Source: Lama glama (taxonomy: Eukaryota). From it: a DNA stretch of 64,000 nucleotides. Below the pieces are notes generated by a model. The model saw nothing but the letters and a program-made list of their open reading frames with translations, was not told the origin of the DNA and made no database searches. Shown one piece after another: positions 1 through 13,989 of this stretch (positions within the stretch are counted from its first letter, which is position 1; each line of letters begins with the position of its first letter). The stretch lies in contig CM052816.1 in assembly GCA_028534125.1 (NCBI GenBank), forward strand, positions 72,790,001 to 72,854,000, in the 5' to 3' direction. Position numbers and translations under genes: made by a program.

Positions 1-48
1 GTCAGGTGAGCAAAACTGAATGTGTCAGCATATTAACTCTTCCCCTGG

Positions 49-487
49 TGTGGTAGCCAGTTCTGGCGATCCACCTCCAAATGATCACACTTCCCATACG
101 GTGCCAGGGTTGGTCTGTGTTACCAAAAAATACGTGGTAAAAATACATCTACTCCCTCTCTCCCATCACTGAACATTAAAAATAAGAACTTCCTGGGATT
201 GGGGTGGAAGAGCAGCTGCTATGTGTGAGCTGCCCTGGGGAAAGGCACCCAAGCCTCCTGCCAGCAGGCATATGAGAGGCTGCAAGTGGGTGCTCCAGCG
301 CTCCTTCGGATGACGCGTCCCTGGCTTCTTTTGGGGCTAACTCTCTCATGAGAGGTCCTGAGCCAGAGGTACGCAGCTGAGCCATTCCCTGACTCCTGAG
401 TCTCAGAAACTGAGATAATAAATAGTTGTTGCTTTAAGCTGCTAAATTTTAGAGCAATTTGCTACCCAACAATCCATAATGGATGCA
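49..487 (+). mobile_element. MaLR solo LTR, MLT1 family
   Basis: Starts tgtggtagcc; 3' end 'cagaaactgagataataaatagttgttgctttaagctgctaaattttagagcaatttgctac' is typical of MLT1. Confidence 0.8.
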
Positions 488-1199
488 CTTGGCATTCTAT
501 CTTTCATTTTTTGTCAGCATACCCAAAGCAGCTTTCAAGCCATTTCTCTTCTCCACTCAGAGCTTCCTTCAAATCTTCCATTCTTTACGAAAATTTTTAC
601 TCACTTTGATACTCTCAGATTTTAAACTTATGTCCTGGGTTAAATGCATAATGCGACAAATTTGCCACGCACATACCATGAATGTGAATGGAGGTCAGTA
701 GGAAATATTCTTGGAAACAACAAAATGCCTTTACTCACCCACTATAAATTTAGAATTTGTGTTTATTTGGCAGGAACCAGAATAAAGTTTATCTTTGTGC
801 TACCTTTGTAAAACATATTACTAAGTAAATTAAAAAGCATTTGTTTATAAAAATAAATTTAAGTATATTAACTAAAAACATTTCATAATTTATGTTTTAT
901 AATCATGAGATAGGTAGTTTACATGTATTCATGTCAATGATTGCAACACAATTGAACTGATTCTCCTGTGTGGCTTGAGCATATCCCATTAATTTACATC
1001 TAAAATTTTAATATGCATTAAATTATTACCCTAATGTATATACCTAAGCATATCTTTGCTAGTGTAATTCCTAATTGATACTTAAGCTGGCAACAAAACT
1101 GCATTTCTTTCTAAAATACTCTGATTCTGACTTGCCACCAGTTTGGATTGAACACACTCATCTGGTTCTATAGCAGGGATATTTGATGTTTTAACATTA

Positions 1200-1352
1200 A
1201 GGAGGCAATGTTATACAGAGCAGAGTGCTAAATAGGGAAGTAGGAGAAATGTGTTTTAATCTGTTTTCCCTTTCTGCACTATTTAACCTTGTGAATAGAA
1301 CTTACTTTCTGTAACCTCTCTTTACTTATGTAAAATGAGGAAGTTGGACTAT
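1200..1352 (+). mobile_element. MIR SINE fragment
   Basis: Core-like 'cttactttctgtaacctctctttacttatgtaaaatgaggaagttggacta'. Confidence 0.6.
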
Positions 1353-3779
1353 TAGTAGTTAACCTTAGAATTCTTAGTATTCAAGGAGAGACTAAGGACC
1401 AATATGTCAAATAAATATGTATAAAAAATAAAGTCTCATTGATCGGACTGAAGTAGGTATGGGGCCCAGGAGTCCAGGCCTCCGTCTCACCAAGTCTTTC
1501 AAAGGCCCTGTCAGTGTTGGTGGGAACACGATGTGACAGCCCAGTGGATTAGAAGCTCGCTAGAGCTACTGTGTTTATAGTGTTCCGAAACTGTATTTTC
1601 AGTAGAAACCAGTTAACAAATTTGTTACTTGACATGACAAATAGTATTTGAATAAAGTGCTTTTCTTTTGGAGCCCTTATCAATCCATAACCACTTCTTT
1701 TTACTAGCTCATGAATAAATTCTCACCATTACATTTGTATTATGTCATAATTAGTGATGTCTGTACATAGGCCTTTATCAAAATTCAGTGGTAGGCCTAT
1801 ATCAGAATTCAGTGGGTTTAACCAAACTACCATATGAAATAAATAAATGTAGCAAGTAACTCAGGTGTGGTAAAATGCAGAACCTCTTCTTTGTCTTAAG
1901 CATCAGATGCTTGAGCTAAGAACATCCAGAGCACTTCATCGAGTCTGTTGGGTTAGGTAACAAATTGGTTATTGGCTATGTTTACTGGGCTTCAAGCTGA
2001 TTGGACAACCCTGAAACTGAGTAACCTACTGCCAGTGTGAAGTAAAAACTGTGGGAATGATCAGATCTGTGCCATAAGGAGGCTTCTCCGCTGACATTCG
2101 CAGAAACGAAACAGATAATAATACTGTATTTTCCTTTCAAAGTCAAAAGACCCAGTGATGCTCACTCCACTGGGTTGTTGTAAGATTTATAAAGACTGTC
2201 TATAAAATGCTTACTACACATGGCATATAGCCAGTACTCAAAAATATTAGCCATCAACAATATAATACTCTAGTTCCAAAATTTGACAAAACTCTCTCTT
2301 TTAAATTCATCCATACTCTTCATCATTGTTTAGTCTTTGGCTTAAATACCTTCTCCGCTTACAACTTTGGATACTAATGATTCTGTATCTCATTTAATTT
2401 ATTCTCAGAAAAATGTCAATCTTATCCCTCCTGATTATGTCTACTTTAATGTCTATTTTCTGGTTTTTGGAATTCTTCAGCTCCATTTCCTTCTGACTCC
2501 TACTGACTAAGCTTCGTCCAATGTGCAGAGAATAATAATCTTTTCATTGAAAAGTCCAGGGGTGTTTATTCCAGTACTAAGTCTTTTGGGTTGAAATGGC
2601 TCTGGGGCAAATGTTTTTGGAGGAAGACCCCAAGTGTCTCTCCAGGGATGTTATCAATAGTAAGGAATCCATCATCTAGTACACCTTTATAAAAATGAAA
2701 ACTTTCCCACTTTCTCCATAAATCCTACCTTGTGTCAAGAGGCTCAAATGTGAAGTCTATAAATCCTTCATAACCAACTTAAAATTCATTTCTTTTTATT
2801 CTCTCCAGAGAAGTGAAAAACACTCTCTGAGCTGAAACCTGGCACCTTCTACTAAATCACCTCTACTGAATACACCTTGTAGGGAGTGAGCAATTCACCT
2901 TCATATTTCTCTAACTCTGGGATGACACTCCAATTTGATTGACTAGTGTATTGTGCATGAATTAATCCTACCCTTCAGATCGCATTGGGTAGGTTTGAGT
3001 GTAAACCAACAGCTTTTGCAATTTGTCCATGTGTGATATTTTATTAATTTGAATTAGTCATTCAACAGACATTAATTGAACACCTGCTATAAAACAGGCA
3101 TGTTCTAAGTCTTGAGGACACAGTGAAGAGGTCTTGCAGACACAGTGAAGAAAGGAAAGATATGTTTTGTGGCTTAGATTCGCTTTAAGAAAGGAAACCA
3201 ACTAATTTGAAAAAGGTTTGTTTTCTGAGCATTTTAACCTTCAGAAATGCGCAAAAAATGTGCACATTTCACCAGTCTAGCCACAAAAGAGGAGATAGGA
3301 AGAAAAAGAAACACAAGCAGCTATGTATGCCTTAGTATCTGGAAACAAACTAAACATCGATTAAAATATGATTTCCTCACAGATCAACAAATTGTTATGG
3401 ATAACGGATGTCACTAGGGATGTCATTGTTATCTATGCTTTTTGAAATTAAAATTTCCCTAATTACAAAACAGAATTTGATGAATATTGTAGTTCTGTTC
3501 TTCGACACTCATTTAATTGTCTAGAGATTTACAAGAAACAAAATATATTTGAGAATGTTTTTGTGTGTTTGTTCTTATTTAAGCCAAGAGGTGAATATAT
3601 ATATTTTGGACTTATCGCTGTTTCATTTCTTATTTATATTCCTGCTTACAGTCCATTCTCTTGCTCTTCTTCCTGAAACATCCAGCTTTGACGTCATAAC
3701 TGTCACTAACCACCACTCTTACTACAGTCTTCTTCACTGCCACTCCTTCCCATGCAAACTGTTTTCTAAGTTCCTTGAA

Positions 3780-4070
3780 GGCCATTAGAGTACTTAAGAG
3801 CGCTTAAGAGTGCTCCCTGCCCCACCAGCAGCACCAAGCTGAAGTTCTGATAGACGACTAGTACCAACTTGTCAGCTTTGTGAATGTGGCATCCTAGAAG
3901 TGGATTATCTCCACCCAAGTGAAAGATCCCATATGAAGCTGCACAGATCAGGGATGAGCCATTCTTGCTGATCATTGCCCAAAGTTTGATGCCTGAGCAA
4001 AATAAACAATGGTTATATTTTAAGCCAGTAAATTTTAGAATGATTTATTATGGAATAATACATAACTACT
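3780..4070 (+). mobile_element. MaLR LTR fragment, MLT1 family
   Basis: 3' end 'aaataaacaatggttatattttaagccagtaaattttagaatgatttattatggaataatacataac'. Confidence 0.7.
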
Positions 4071-4139
4071 ATCAGTAGTTCTAGGAACAAAATCTTGGTA
4101 ACGTAATTGCCGTCATTTCTTATATACTCTGTGGTAATT

Positions 4140-4300
4140 GGAATGCCAGTTATCCTCTTTAAGACTCAATTTCATCACCTGGGGAAAAAATGATAATTAT
4201 AATCCCTACTTCTTAAGGTTATTTTGAGAGTTAAATGAGAGGATACATTTACAGTTCTTAGAATAGTCACTTAGTTTATAAAAATTTTTCATTAGTTTTT
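4140..4300 (+). mobile_element. MIR SINE fragment
   Basis: 'ataatccctacttcttaaggttattttgagagttaaatgaga' MIR core. Confidence 0.7.
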
Positions 4301-5084
4301 GGTGATTATTAATTCTTTTGTATAATAAGTATTTTAATAAGTATTTTCTTCAGGGTATAAAATCTTTTTTCCATATTTTCTCTCAATCCTCTATTCTTTT
4401 CCCCTTTTCAGATTATATATAAAATATCACATTGTATTATATATCCATATTGTATCTATATATTATAAGCCTTTTTTGTTCTTTCATACTGTTTTATTCC
4501 AAATTCAGCTTTTTCTCTCTCATTTTAATGGACTATTTTACTTATTCCTGCCTTTCTATCTTTTTCTTATATTATCCCAGGCCAAATTTGATTTTAAAAA
4601 GCTGTAATAATGTATGAATTTAATAGTACATGAAATATATTAAATCATTATTAATCATGAAAAATGTTTAACATAAAAATGTGCAATTACCTTTATCACT
4701 AGTAAGTCAAAATTAATAATTAAATATGTATACAAATTAGCTGGTAACCACTTAAATGTGAAGTTTACTAACATAATTCATTTTTACAAATTCCTAAAGC
4801 AGTAATGGTAAGTTGGAGTGACAAGTATTTTTTTAAAATGAATGTTTCTTCGTTGCTTCAAGTTAGCACTAAAATGATCAAAAAGCAGACATCCTGATAG
4901 GAAAGAAAAACAGACACCTAAATGACCCTTGATATGGATAATCAAAATTTTAAATAGGACAAAATTCAAAGCAGACATGAATTCTTAGCAGAAAATTTGA
5001 AACTGACTAAAATCATGTCGAAAATCAAATTGTACAATGTTAATTTATATATAGTGAGAATATGTAGAATAGATTTTTAAAGTA

Positions 5085-5310
5085 TCTGCTAGTTATATTT
5101 CTGGTATGTGCCGGGGGCTTTGCATTCATTATCTCATTTAATCCTTGTAGTGATTCTGCAAGTTGTATCTGCATTTTTATAACAGACGGTTACAGGCTCA
5201 GAGAAATTCAGTGGCCTCCCCAGCATAAAACAGCTGTGAAAAGCTAAGTAAAAATTTTACTTAAGGAACATCTCACTTTAAAGTATACCTCCCCTTTCCA
5301 CCATACTACA
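5085..5310 (-). mobile_element. MIR SINE
   Basis: 'cattatctcatttaatcct...acaggctcagaga' antisense MIR. Confidence 0.65.
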
Positions 5311-8300
5311 GATTTTACTGGCTAAAGACATAATGTTCTCCTTCAGATAATGCCCTGAAATTTTGAAAATGGAAAGCAATCAAGAATGACCTCCATACAA
5401 TCTTGGTAAAGTAGGATTTGTTCCCAGAGTTAAGGGTTAGTTAAGCAAGGACATGAAATACTCCCTTGTACTTGAAATGACTAAGAAACAATGTCATTAC
5501 ATATTGTACCATAAATCCAATCAGGTAGTTTCATCAATGCTAAGTAATTAAAGTTTTTATGGGTTAATACTTAAATTGAATGTATTTTTCTACTGTATGT
5601 ATCAAACTTCAAGGTGACCTATATTCTTTATAAATATTTTACACTTTGTTTTAATTGTATATATTTATTAATAACTCGTAGCTAATAAGTACAAGTAAAA
5701 ATTAAAGTAATTTAGTGGAACTATACATTTGATATACAGTTCCATATATTAGAAATATCACAGTTTCCCAACACTACTACTTGAATCGATGCAATGTGAA
5801 GACAAATTTTCTTCACAAATGATGCCATCAAAAGCTACAGCTTGCTCAAATCTAATAAAAATAACCATAATTTGCAGGCTAATTTGCCGGAGAAACTAGG
5901 GCTATCTAAAAGGAGATGCTGAATAGATTTTGGAGAACACATAAATATTCAGATATTTTAGAAAGAGGAAAAAGAATTTCTCCTGGCAGAGAAATTAGAA
6001 GGCTTAAATATTAATCATAAACACAAAATTGTGGAGGGTGCGGGTTTTTTGTTTTGTTTTGTTTTTAGTGTTTTTAATGAACTAAAAGCTAGGTTTTAGA
6101 CCATTGGTCACAAAAAGATTAAAAAGATAAATCAGTGAACTGCATTCAGGAGACAAGTATTAGGGTTTTTGTTGTTATTGTTACTTGACATTTAAAGGTT
6201 CGAAATTGCAATGTATTTAACTCTTGGTATCTTGGAAACAGGCAGCTATAAAAAGCACCTTAGGAAGTAAACATTTTAAGAACTGTAGAGCTGACGAGGG
6301 TGACCTGGCTGTGTAGGAGTCAATTTATAGAAAATACTGGTATGCTGAAACAATTTAACTTTGTCTCATTTGGAACACAGCAAGAATATGCCTTTCATAC
6401 TATAGCATAATTCCTATGATAAATTATAATGTGAGTTATAGGCATATAATATGAATTTAGGCATATAATATGAAGCACAGCAAGACAACTAGAATGTGCC
6501 TTTCATAGTTTAGGCGTACACACTACCAAGTTTTTGTTGTTTTATGAATTTTGATTACATTTTCCTTTTATCTGCTCTGTAGTTTAAAATTTTCCTTTTC
6601 CTTCAGTTAATGGGTGATTGGAGAAGAAATATGTTTTTTTTCCCTCTGTAGTTAAATTCAAAAAACACATGAAATTTTTAGTGTTCAAATGGTGAGCAGA
6701 TATAAGTGCCTCCGAACTCTCTTCAGGGAACAGATCCTGTCAAAATTTGTGCTCCCATGAAAAGAATGAGGAGCCTTATATGACTTATTCTCATCTGCAC
6801 CATAACCCGCTTGTTTGTTGTTCCAAATAAATGATCCTTAAAGGAGATGAAACAAAAAAGCATTCAGAATACATGTAAATATTACAATGTAGAGTCACAC
6901 CCAATATATCCATCACACTTTATCTCAACAAGTTTTACCTATTCAAACAATTCACTAGAATTAACTGCAGGGAGAGGTGAAGCCATTCTCTAGATGAGGA
7001 GAAAGAATGAAAGAATCTTGATTGCCCAGGCTCAGGAAGATAATATCTACTATCTTTTAATCTCATTCCTACAGAATTACAGCATCACTATTCATCCCTC
7101 ATTTTTGCTTCCAGGTCATCAAGTTCTAAATGTTTATCTTGTGCTTTGTGTATGTTCCTTCTTCTGCCATTCCCAAGCATCTGTCTGTTTCACATCATCA
7201 TTACTGCACATTTAAATATAGATAAAATCTTTTAGTTAATCTGTCAGCCTCCCTATGATCCCATATCACATCCTCCTGTCAGTAGAATCTCTTAAATTCA
7301 TGAATCAATCAATAAAAATCAATCACATTACTTTTCTAGTTCAGAATCACAGTGATTCTAATTCATTTCGAACTCTACAGCATGAAATTAGTTCAAAGCT
7401 CTTCCCCAGATGCCTCAGACATGTCATCTCTCACTGGTCCATTCTTAGCTCTTTATGTGTTTAGTTGTTCCTCTTCTTTCAATTACTTGGAATTCGATAA
7501 TTTGATTATTCTCTTCTCTAGATCTTTCTCCTCCTTTCCATCACCACCATCTTCATACAAATGCCCTCTGCCATCTTCTCAGTTAAAATTAAAAAATCAC
7601 CCCAGAGTACGTAAAAGCATTATTTGACATCTTGATATGATTACTAATGTGTTTCCAGAAATTAACCTATAGTAATTTCATGCATTCCTGTCATTTGTCT
7701 CTAAGGATTTAAAGCATGTTTTTTGAGTTTATCAAATGACTCAATAATTGGATTTCTTAGGATTAAATGAAATGCCACACAGATGGTGTTAAATATTATT
7801 ATGTGAATATAAATTACATAAATGCTTTATAGTGTGACACGCAAGATAAGACGTTACAAGCTGTTAATTATGAGCATAAACCACTGCATTTGAATTTATG
7901 ACAGTGATCTCATACTATTCCCTTCAACAGGGGAAAAAGTTTAAAAGTTTGGCAAGGAAATCACAAACCACTGTGCATCTGTTAATTACTCACTGTGTGC
8001 TTGGAATTATATGCCAGTAATTGTAATAAAATATCAATGTCATCATCCCTGATTTCATTATGTTTACATACTGAACACTCAAACTAAGGACTGTTATTGA
8101 GAATTATAACAAATGACTCTTTGATTAAAAACATCTTTTATCATTAGTGATGATACAGATGATTTCCTGTGAGTAACACATAGTCATATGTATATCTGTA
8201 TATATTATATTATATATGACATACACACAGTAGTTTAAAAATGAACATGTTTCCATGATAGGCAGTAGCAATAGAAATCACTTCATTCTTCTATTATTTA

Positions 8301-9559
8301 TTTGTTTCAATATATTTATTAATGACCTAAAATACTGAGGCTACACTTCTGTGTTTTAAATAATTTTTCAACATTGTCAGCAAGAAATGAAGTGAAAATA
8401 TGCATACTGGGAATATGTTAAGGTTTATTAAAGAAAAACAAATCTTCAAATGAAGCTTAGGAAATAATTTAATATTTAAATTTGAATAGTAGCATTCATT
8501 CCATGCCATCTTAATGTTTTTCCCCAGAATTTTGGGTCATTTTGGCAAATTTGATTATGAAGAGCTGGGTTTTTTTTTTCATCTAACTTTTTACTCTTAA
8601 CTTTAGGTGGCCTTACTCAGACGATAAGTATTAATTTCTTAATTTCTATAGAAATCTTTAGCACTTGGTGTCAGTGTATTTTTAAAAGTGAAACAATTAA
8701 TATGTACTGTTAATTCATAATCACAACTTTAATGTTTTTATTCTTTTAAAGTAAATCAGTAATTTTTATAAAGTGAACCTGGCAAGATCAGGGAAAGTGA
8801 GTATGTGATCGACATAGTTGTTACTCTCCAAGAAGTTTAGTGAGGAAAATGAGAAAAAGAAAAATACACAGTTTAAAGACTATCCCAAGAGAGTAAGTTG
8901 AAGATGTTTTGAAGTCTGGCCATTCAGAAACTCTTTACTCAGCCTTTATCCTGTGCCAGATCCTGGGATAAGTCCCTGCGCGTGATGATAAACCAGTGAG
9001 ACAGGAGCAGAATGTACCGTGTAGGTATGTTAGCAAGTGAATGTTCTACAGATGAAAATTGTTCTAGTGGTTCTAAGGAAACATTGCCTAGGAAGAGGTA
9101 AAAACTGAGCCGGATTTTGAAGGATGAATAGAAAGAGGAAAACAATAGTTTGCTGTTAAAAGCCACACTGCTATGAGCATTCTTCTTTACACACTTACCT
9201 GTGCAGGAATTCCTCTTGGATATCTAACTGTAAGTGGAATTGAGAAGTTACAGGATAAGTAAGCAACATGGATTAAACAACTTGGTTGCTGCTTTTGGAA
9301 TTAGAAATTAGAACGCTGGGTGGTTTTATCATGGTCCTGGTAAGTTTTGAGAGAAAGTGTCAAATACAAGATAAGGAAAGAGAGAGCAGGGCTTCCTGGA
9401 GCACCTGAGTAGAGTCCCTACCTGAGAGTTCCCACCAGAACCTGGTGGGTGGATGTGGCATGTGTGTAACTTGATTATGTTCTGCTATGAGTTAGAGAGA
9501 CATAGAAGGCTTTGTGTTACAGAAACATAAGAGACCACATTATAAGTGACTGCTGCCAT

Positions 9560-9840
9560 CTAATAAATTGAAAGGCCATCCAAGGCTGGGTTGCCACTTC
9601 CATGATGTTTTTAGCAACCAGCCTCCATCTGCCACAGGATGTGACTGCTGCTGCCCCTCTCCCGAACCATCAAGGCTGAACATTAGCCATCTCTCCTTCA
9701 GGCGAGAAGGAGAGAAAGGGCAAAGAGCAGAAAAGGACACCTCCAGCTGAGACAGCCTCTTAGATTTCCACAAACCTTGTCCAGTAACTTTGACAGTCAC
9801 CTCATTGGCCAGTAGTGAATCACTCAGCAGCCCATTCTTC
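9560..9840 (-). mobile_element. Old MaLR LTR fragment (MLT1J/K/L-like)
   Basis: 'ttccatgatgt...cacctcattggccagtagtgaatcac' resembles antisense MLT1. Confidence 0.5.
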
Positions 9841-10032
9841 CAACAAATACAGTGTCCTGCATTAAGCTGGGCATATTGTCACACTAAAAATGTAAGATGC
9901 CTAGAGAAGGTAAATGACTTTATTAAATTCATAGAATCATTAGTGACTGATCTCTTAAGCCAGCATTTCTTGACTCTCAGGTAAGTTTATTTCTGTTTCC
10001 CCATGTGTTTCTCCCCTTTCTACCCCAAACAC

Positions 10033-10460
10033 TACACAGGCAGGGTCCCCACAGAGAACAGATGACATTCTCAAGTTACAAAGTCGAGGGAAAGCTTAAA
10101 AAGGAGACTGTTTGCCACATTGTGAGTGGGATGCTGGAGGCCACAAGAGATAGCAGGGTGCCCTTGACGGTAATCACAGAACTGTTGCCAAGACTAAAAC
10201 CCAGAAAAGAGAATCTTGTAGATGGGGCTATTTTGGCAAGAGTAGTTACCTTTAACAGAAAACAGCCCCCACACTCTTCAACGTGGAAGCCCAAAATACT
10301 GACCACATTCTCCTTCTCTCTGATCATACGTCAGGTTTTCCCATTGACGTAATCCAAATGAAGTCAGAAGCAAGGGAGCAAGTTACTTTAACAGTCTCCT
10401 GAGCAAAGGGCAGGGTAGAGAGGGTTGAAGGACAGGCATGGAAATGCAGACAGACTTCAG
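10033..10460 (-). mobile_element. ERVL solo LTR, LTR33-like
   Basis: + strand 'cagggtccccacagagaacagatgacattctcaa'; minus strand 'ccctctctaccctgccctttgctcaggagactg...gctcccttgcttctgacttcatttggatt...caatggg' follows the LTR33 consensus as recalled. Confidence 0.7.
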
Positions 10461-13400
10461 CACGGTAGCTTATTCTGAGTTCTCCAATAGAAATACTCGC
10501 TTACCTCCTCAAATATCAGGGGACTTCTGGCTCTTGCTTTTTCCAGCATCCTGGTTATCATCACTTCTTTGGGCTTCTGGTTAACAAGTTACTGTTTGCT
10601 GCTGTTTCTCTCATTCCCCGCGATGTGAGGGTATCAGCGTCTCCCATAGGATGCTGATTTCTTACATCTGAAGTACCTCTCATTACTTGCAGTACTGGAT
10701 AAACAACCACTTGGTAAACTGCTCCAGTGTTTCCATAAGACTGTCCCATCCTAGTAACTATGCTATAGTTCTTTCAGGATATGAAATACAGCTCACAGTC
10801 TTTGGTTTGTTTGACAAAGGAAGCTTGTCTAGTGTCAATAGTGAAGCACACTCTGGGCTCCCCCAACAAGGCATGATAGTTTTAAGCAAACCCGAACTGC
10901 CACAATCTGATTCTCCCCCTAAATTCCTCAAAGTGTCCAAGGAGATACCTGGCAAAAGCATGAAGAGCATAAGTTTTGCATCACTGGGGTTTCCTGACAC
11001 AAAGGGATGCGTGTGCAAAAGGAGCCCAAGGGTATCACCCTTTATCTCCAAGTAGTCTGTGATGAAGGAAGCCACTCCGGTGTAAATGTGCAGTTTATGC
11101 TCTGGTATTGCTTCTGGGTCAAGTTATGCCAGCGGTATATAGAATTAGACATAAATCTCCAAATTAGAATAAAATACTTTTACAGAGAGGTACTAGAACT
11201 GTCTACAGGCAAGCTGGCTGGATTTACACCTTCTGCTCAAAGGCGTTAACTCCCAGATGGCTGATGTCCTTAAGTACTGTGTTTGCTTCCATTTCCACGA
11301 CTGTGTTTGCTTTCTCTTCCCACATCTGTGTTCATCTTAGGGCCCAGCTGTTGACAGTTACATTGATTTATCAGCATCAGAGTCTAACTGGAAGCTTACT
11401 ATTATTTTCCTCATGGGCTTGCCAGCCTGCACCCATGACCTTTTTCCTATCATAATGTCATTTAGAAAAGATCAGATTGCTTGGTTTTAAAAGCTACATG
11501 CAAAACAGTATTAAATAAATTAGAAGTCTGTTAATGCTATCAGCATTATTTTTTAAGCTCAGATGAGCTCTGATGGGTAATTGCCCTCATTTTATGTTTT
11601 CTCACCATTCTTCGCTTGCATTTCAACATTATAATCACTTTTTCTTCTAAATAGGACAGGATAGGATTAAAAGATAAATAGAAAAAAGCATTTTTATCTG
11701 TTCATAAAGTCAGTTCACAATTACTGTTGTTTTTTTTCCTGAAGACACAATTCACATGAGAGGTCACTTTGGAATTTGGAGGTGCCCACTTCTCCATGTT
11801 CAAACTGGTGTGCAGATAATGCTCTCCGCCACTCCAATAGGGACACCCCATGCCCACCTCCAGCCTTGTCAGCCTTCCTTTGTAAAAATGTAGACCTCAG
11901 TATGTTTAGAATTTCTCCTTTTTTTCTAGCTTCATATTTGTCCAGTGGTCTGAATGAGATTTTGAAATCTGCCTGACAGTACTTGTTCCTCATGCTTTTT
12001 AGTTTCTTATCCAGGAGGTGTTTGGAGGATTGAAATTTTCCACCGTGAAGTCATACACCTTTAGCTCAACCTTGATTTTTTTTTTCTCCTCTTCACTAAT
12101 GAGACCCTGGGTAGCTCTTTTTTAAGGAAACTGCTTTTGTATGGTTGGCCAAATTAAATTGATCATAGCTGACTATGGGTAATCTATTGTTTTATTTATT
12201 TACATTTCTCAGTACATTCAAAAGGCCTTGAGGAAAATTCTTAGTTTTGTTTTTTGTTTTTGGTGTCACGATCAAGAAGATTTTACTTTATTCTTTCCTG
12301 TCACCTGCTGGAGGCAATGACCTTGTATTTATTTTAGCAGTGAACTGAATATAACATGATCGCTTTCTCTGCAAAAGCTGTGGCATGGCCGAACAGCAGC
12401 TTAAAGGTCAAATATTACAAGGCCTAGTAAACACAACTATATATTCTGCCCCTAAGTCTGACCTTGACCTAACAGTACGAAAAACTGATAAAAAAAAAAT
12501 GGCTCCCCTGATAATTGCTGTATTTTTTCCAGAGAACAATGTATTTCAGAAACATTCAGTAACATGGTAGCAGAAAAGTAAATTATTAGTGGTAATTACT
12601 AAACAGATTATTAGTAGCCACTTAATACCTCAATCCATCCATCAAAAATTGTCAATCCACTAATATTTGATGGGTGCACACTATGTACTTGACGCTGCAC
12701 TGATAGAAAACTGCATCTGAATTTTGAGTCCTGCATGATGTCAAACTAGTTCAGGGTTAGTTATTGAGAAAACACCTTCAAACTGTAGTGTATTTAAATG
12801 TATTCTCTGTTATTTGGTCCATACATGAGTAATGATTCCGGGAAGCCCAGCATATTCTACGATTAGGCAATTCAGAATGTTGACATTGCCTTTAACTTTT
12901 TTTAATTTGTTAGGGGTAGCGGGGAATAGTAACGGAAAGGCTAAAATTCAGTGCCCACTATTCACCAAAGACTCATGGCTTATTCTGGCAGAAACCTCTG
13001 CCATTTTCATTCTCCACCCTACAGAGAAAATTGGAGCATATTGAGAACAATCATATCTGGTTAATCATGTTTTGGAAAGTAAAAATAGTATTTCTCATGT
13101 TTAGTTTTTAATATGCACGGGAATCATCGGAAGCTAAATGACAACACTAGGTAAATAATGAGTAACACTGCACATTTATAGATGTGCCAACTACGCTTAT
13201 CTCACAAGACCTGTAAGAGCTCTGTTCACTAGGCAGGTCACATGTCCACATTTGAGTAATGGACCACACTTTTTATCTCCTATGTGAATGTTAGATTTGT
13301 CATCCTCCTCTAAAGGAACCCAAAGCAACTTCTGTGGGCTTTTTGATCAGTTTATATGTATTGGGTATGTGTTCCATCTTCATCTCCTGAAGAAAATATG

Positions 13401-13989
13401 AAAAGGGTGATATTTGCATTGCTAGAGTAGTGCTTCAAGTTTTACTCTTGGCACTTTGAGTCCAGAAAAGCATAAGTATAGCTCTGTGAAAGGATATTTA
13501 CCTCCTTCTTAGAAGAAAAATAGGAGGACTAGAGAAATAGTTGAAAGCATGTCTGAAAATGAGCCAGGGACGCCAGTTCCCTGATAAGGCACCCATGAAG
13601 AAACAAATACCTAATAAATTTGAAATATTTTACTTATTTTAATTTGTATTTTAGTATTAAAATATGTGCTGAGCTGTTTATGCCATCTGCTATACAGATA
13701 TCAATTGGGAGAAGAGTTGATCAAACTGCTAAGGGCATCTGTTTGATTTCATTAAATTTAAAGTTCACGTTTCAATCACAGTGGAGATACCCTGAATCTT
13801 AATGAGAGAGGTTTCTTTTGTGGTTCAGGTGAAGGCATCTGGTCTTTCGACCTCCAACACAATTCAAGATAGCTATGATAAATTTATAGACCAGAATAAT
13901 ACTCCAATACCATTTTAGGTCCGTTAAGTATTTCTCCTTGATTGTGTTAATGTCAATCCCAGTTGGATGTTTGTGATATAAAGATGGTC

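Noticed and set aside
3689..3696. Perfect CRE palindrome TGACGTCA
   Set aside because: Isolated 8-mer with no supporting cluster; not distinguishable from chance.
9540..10352. Cluster of ORFs suggesting a processed pseudogene
   Set aside because: Explained by MLT1-like, MIR-like and LTR33-like sequence; no recognisable protein, poly(A) or TSD.
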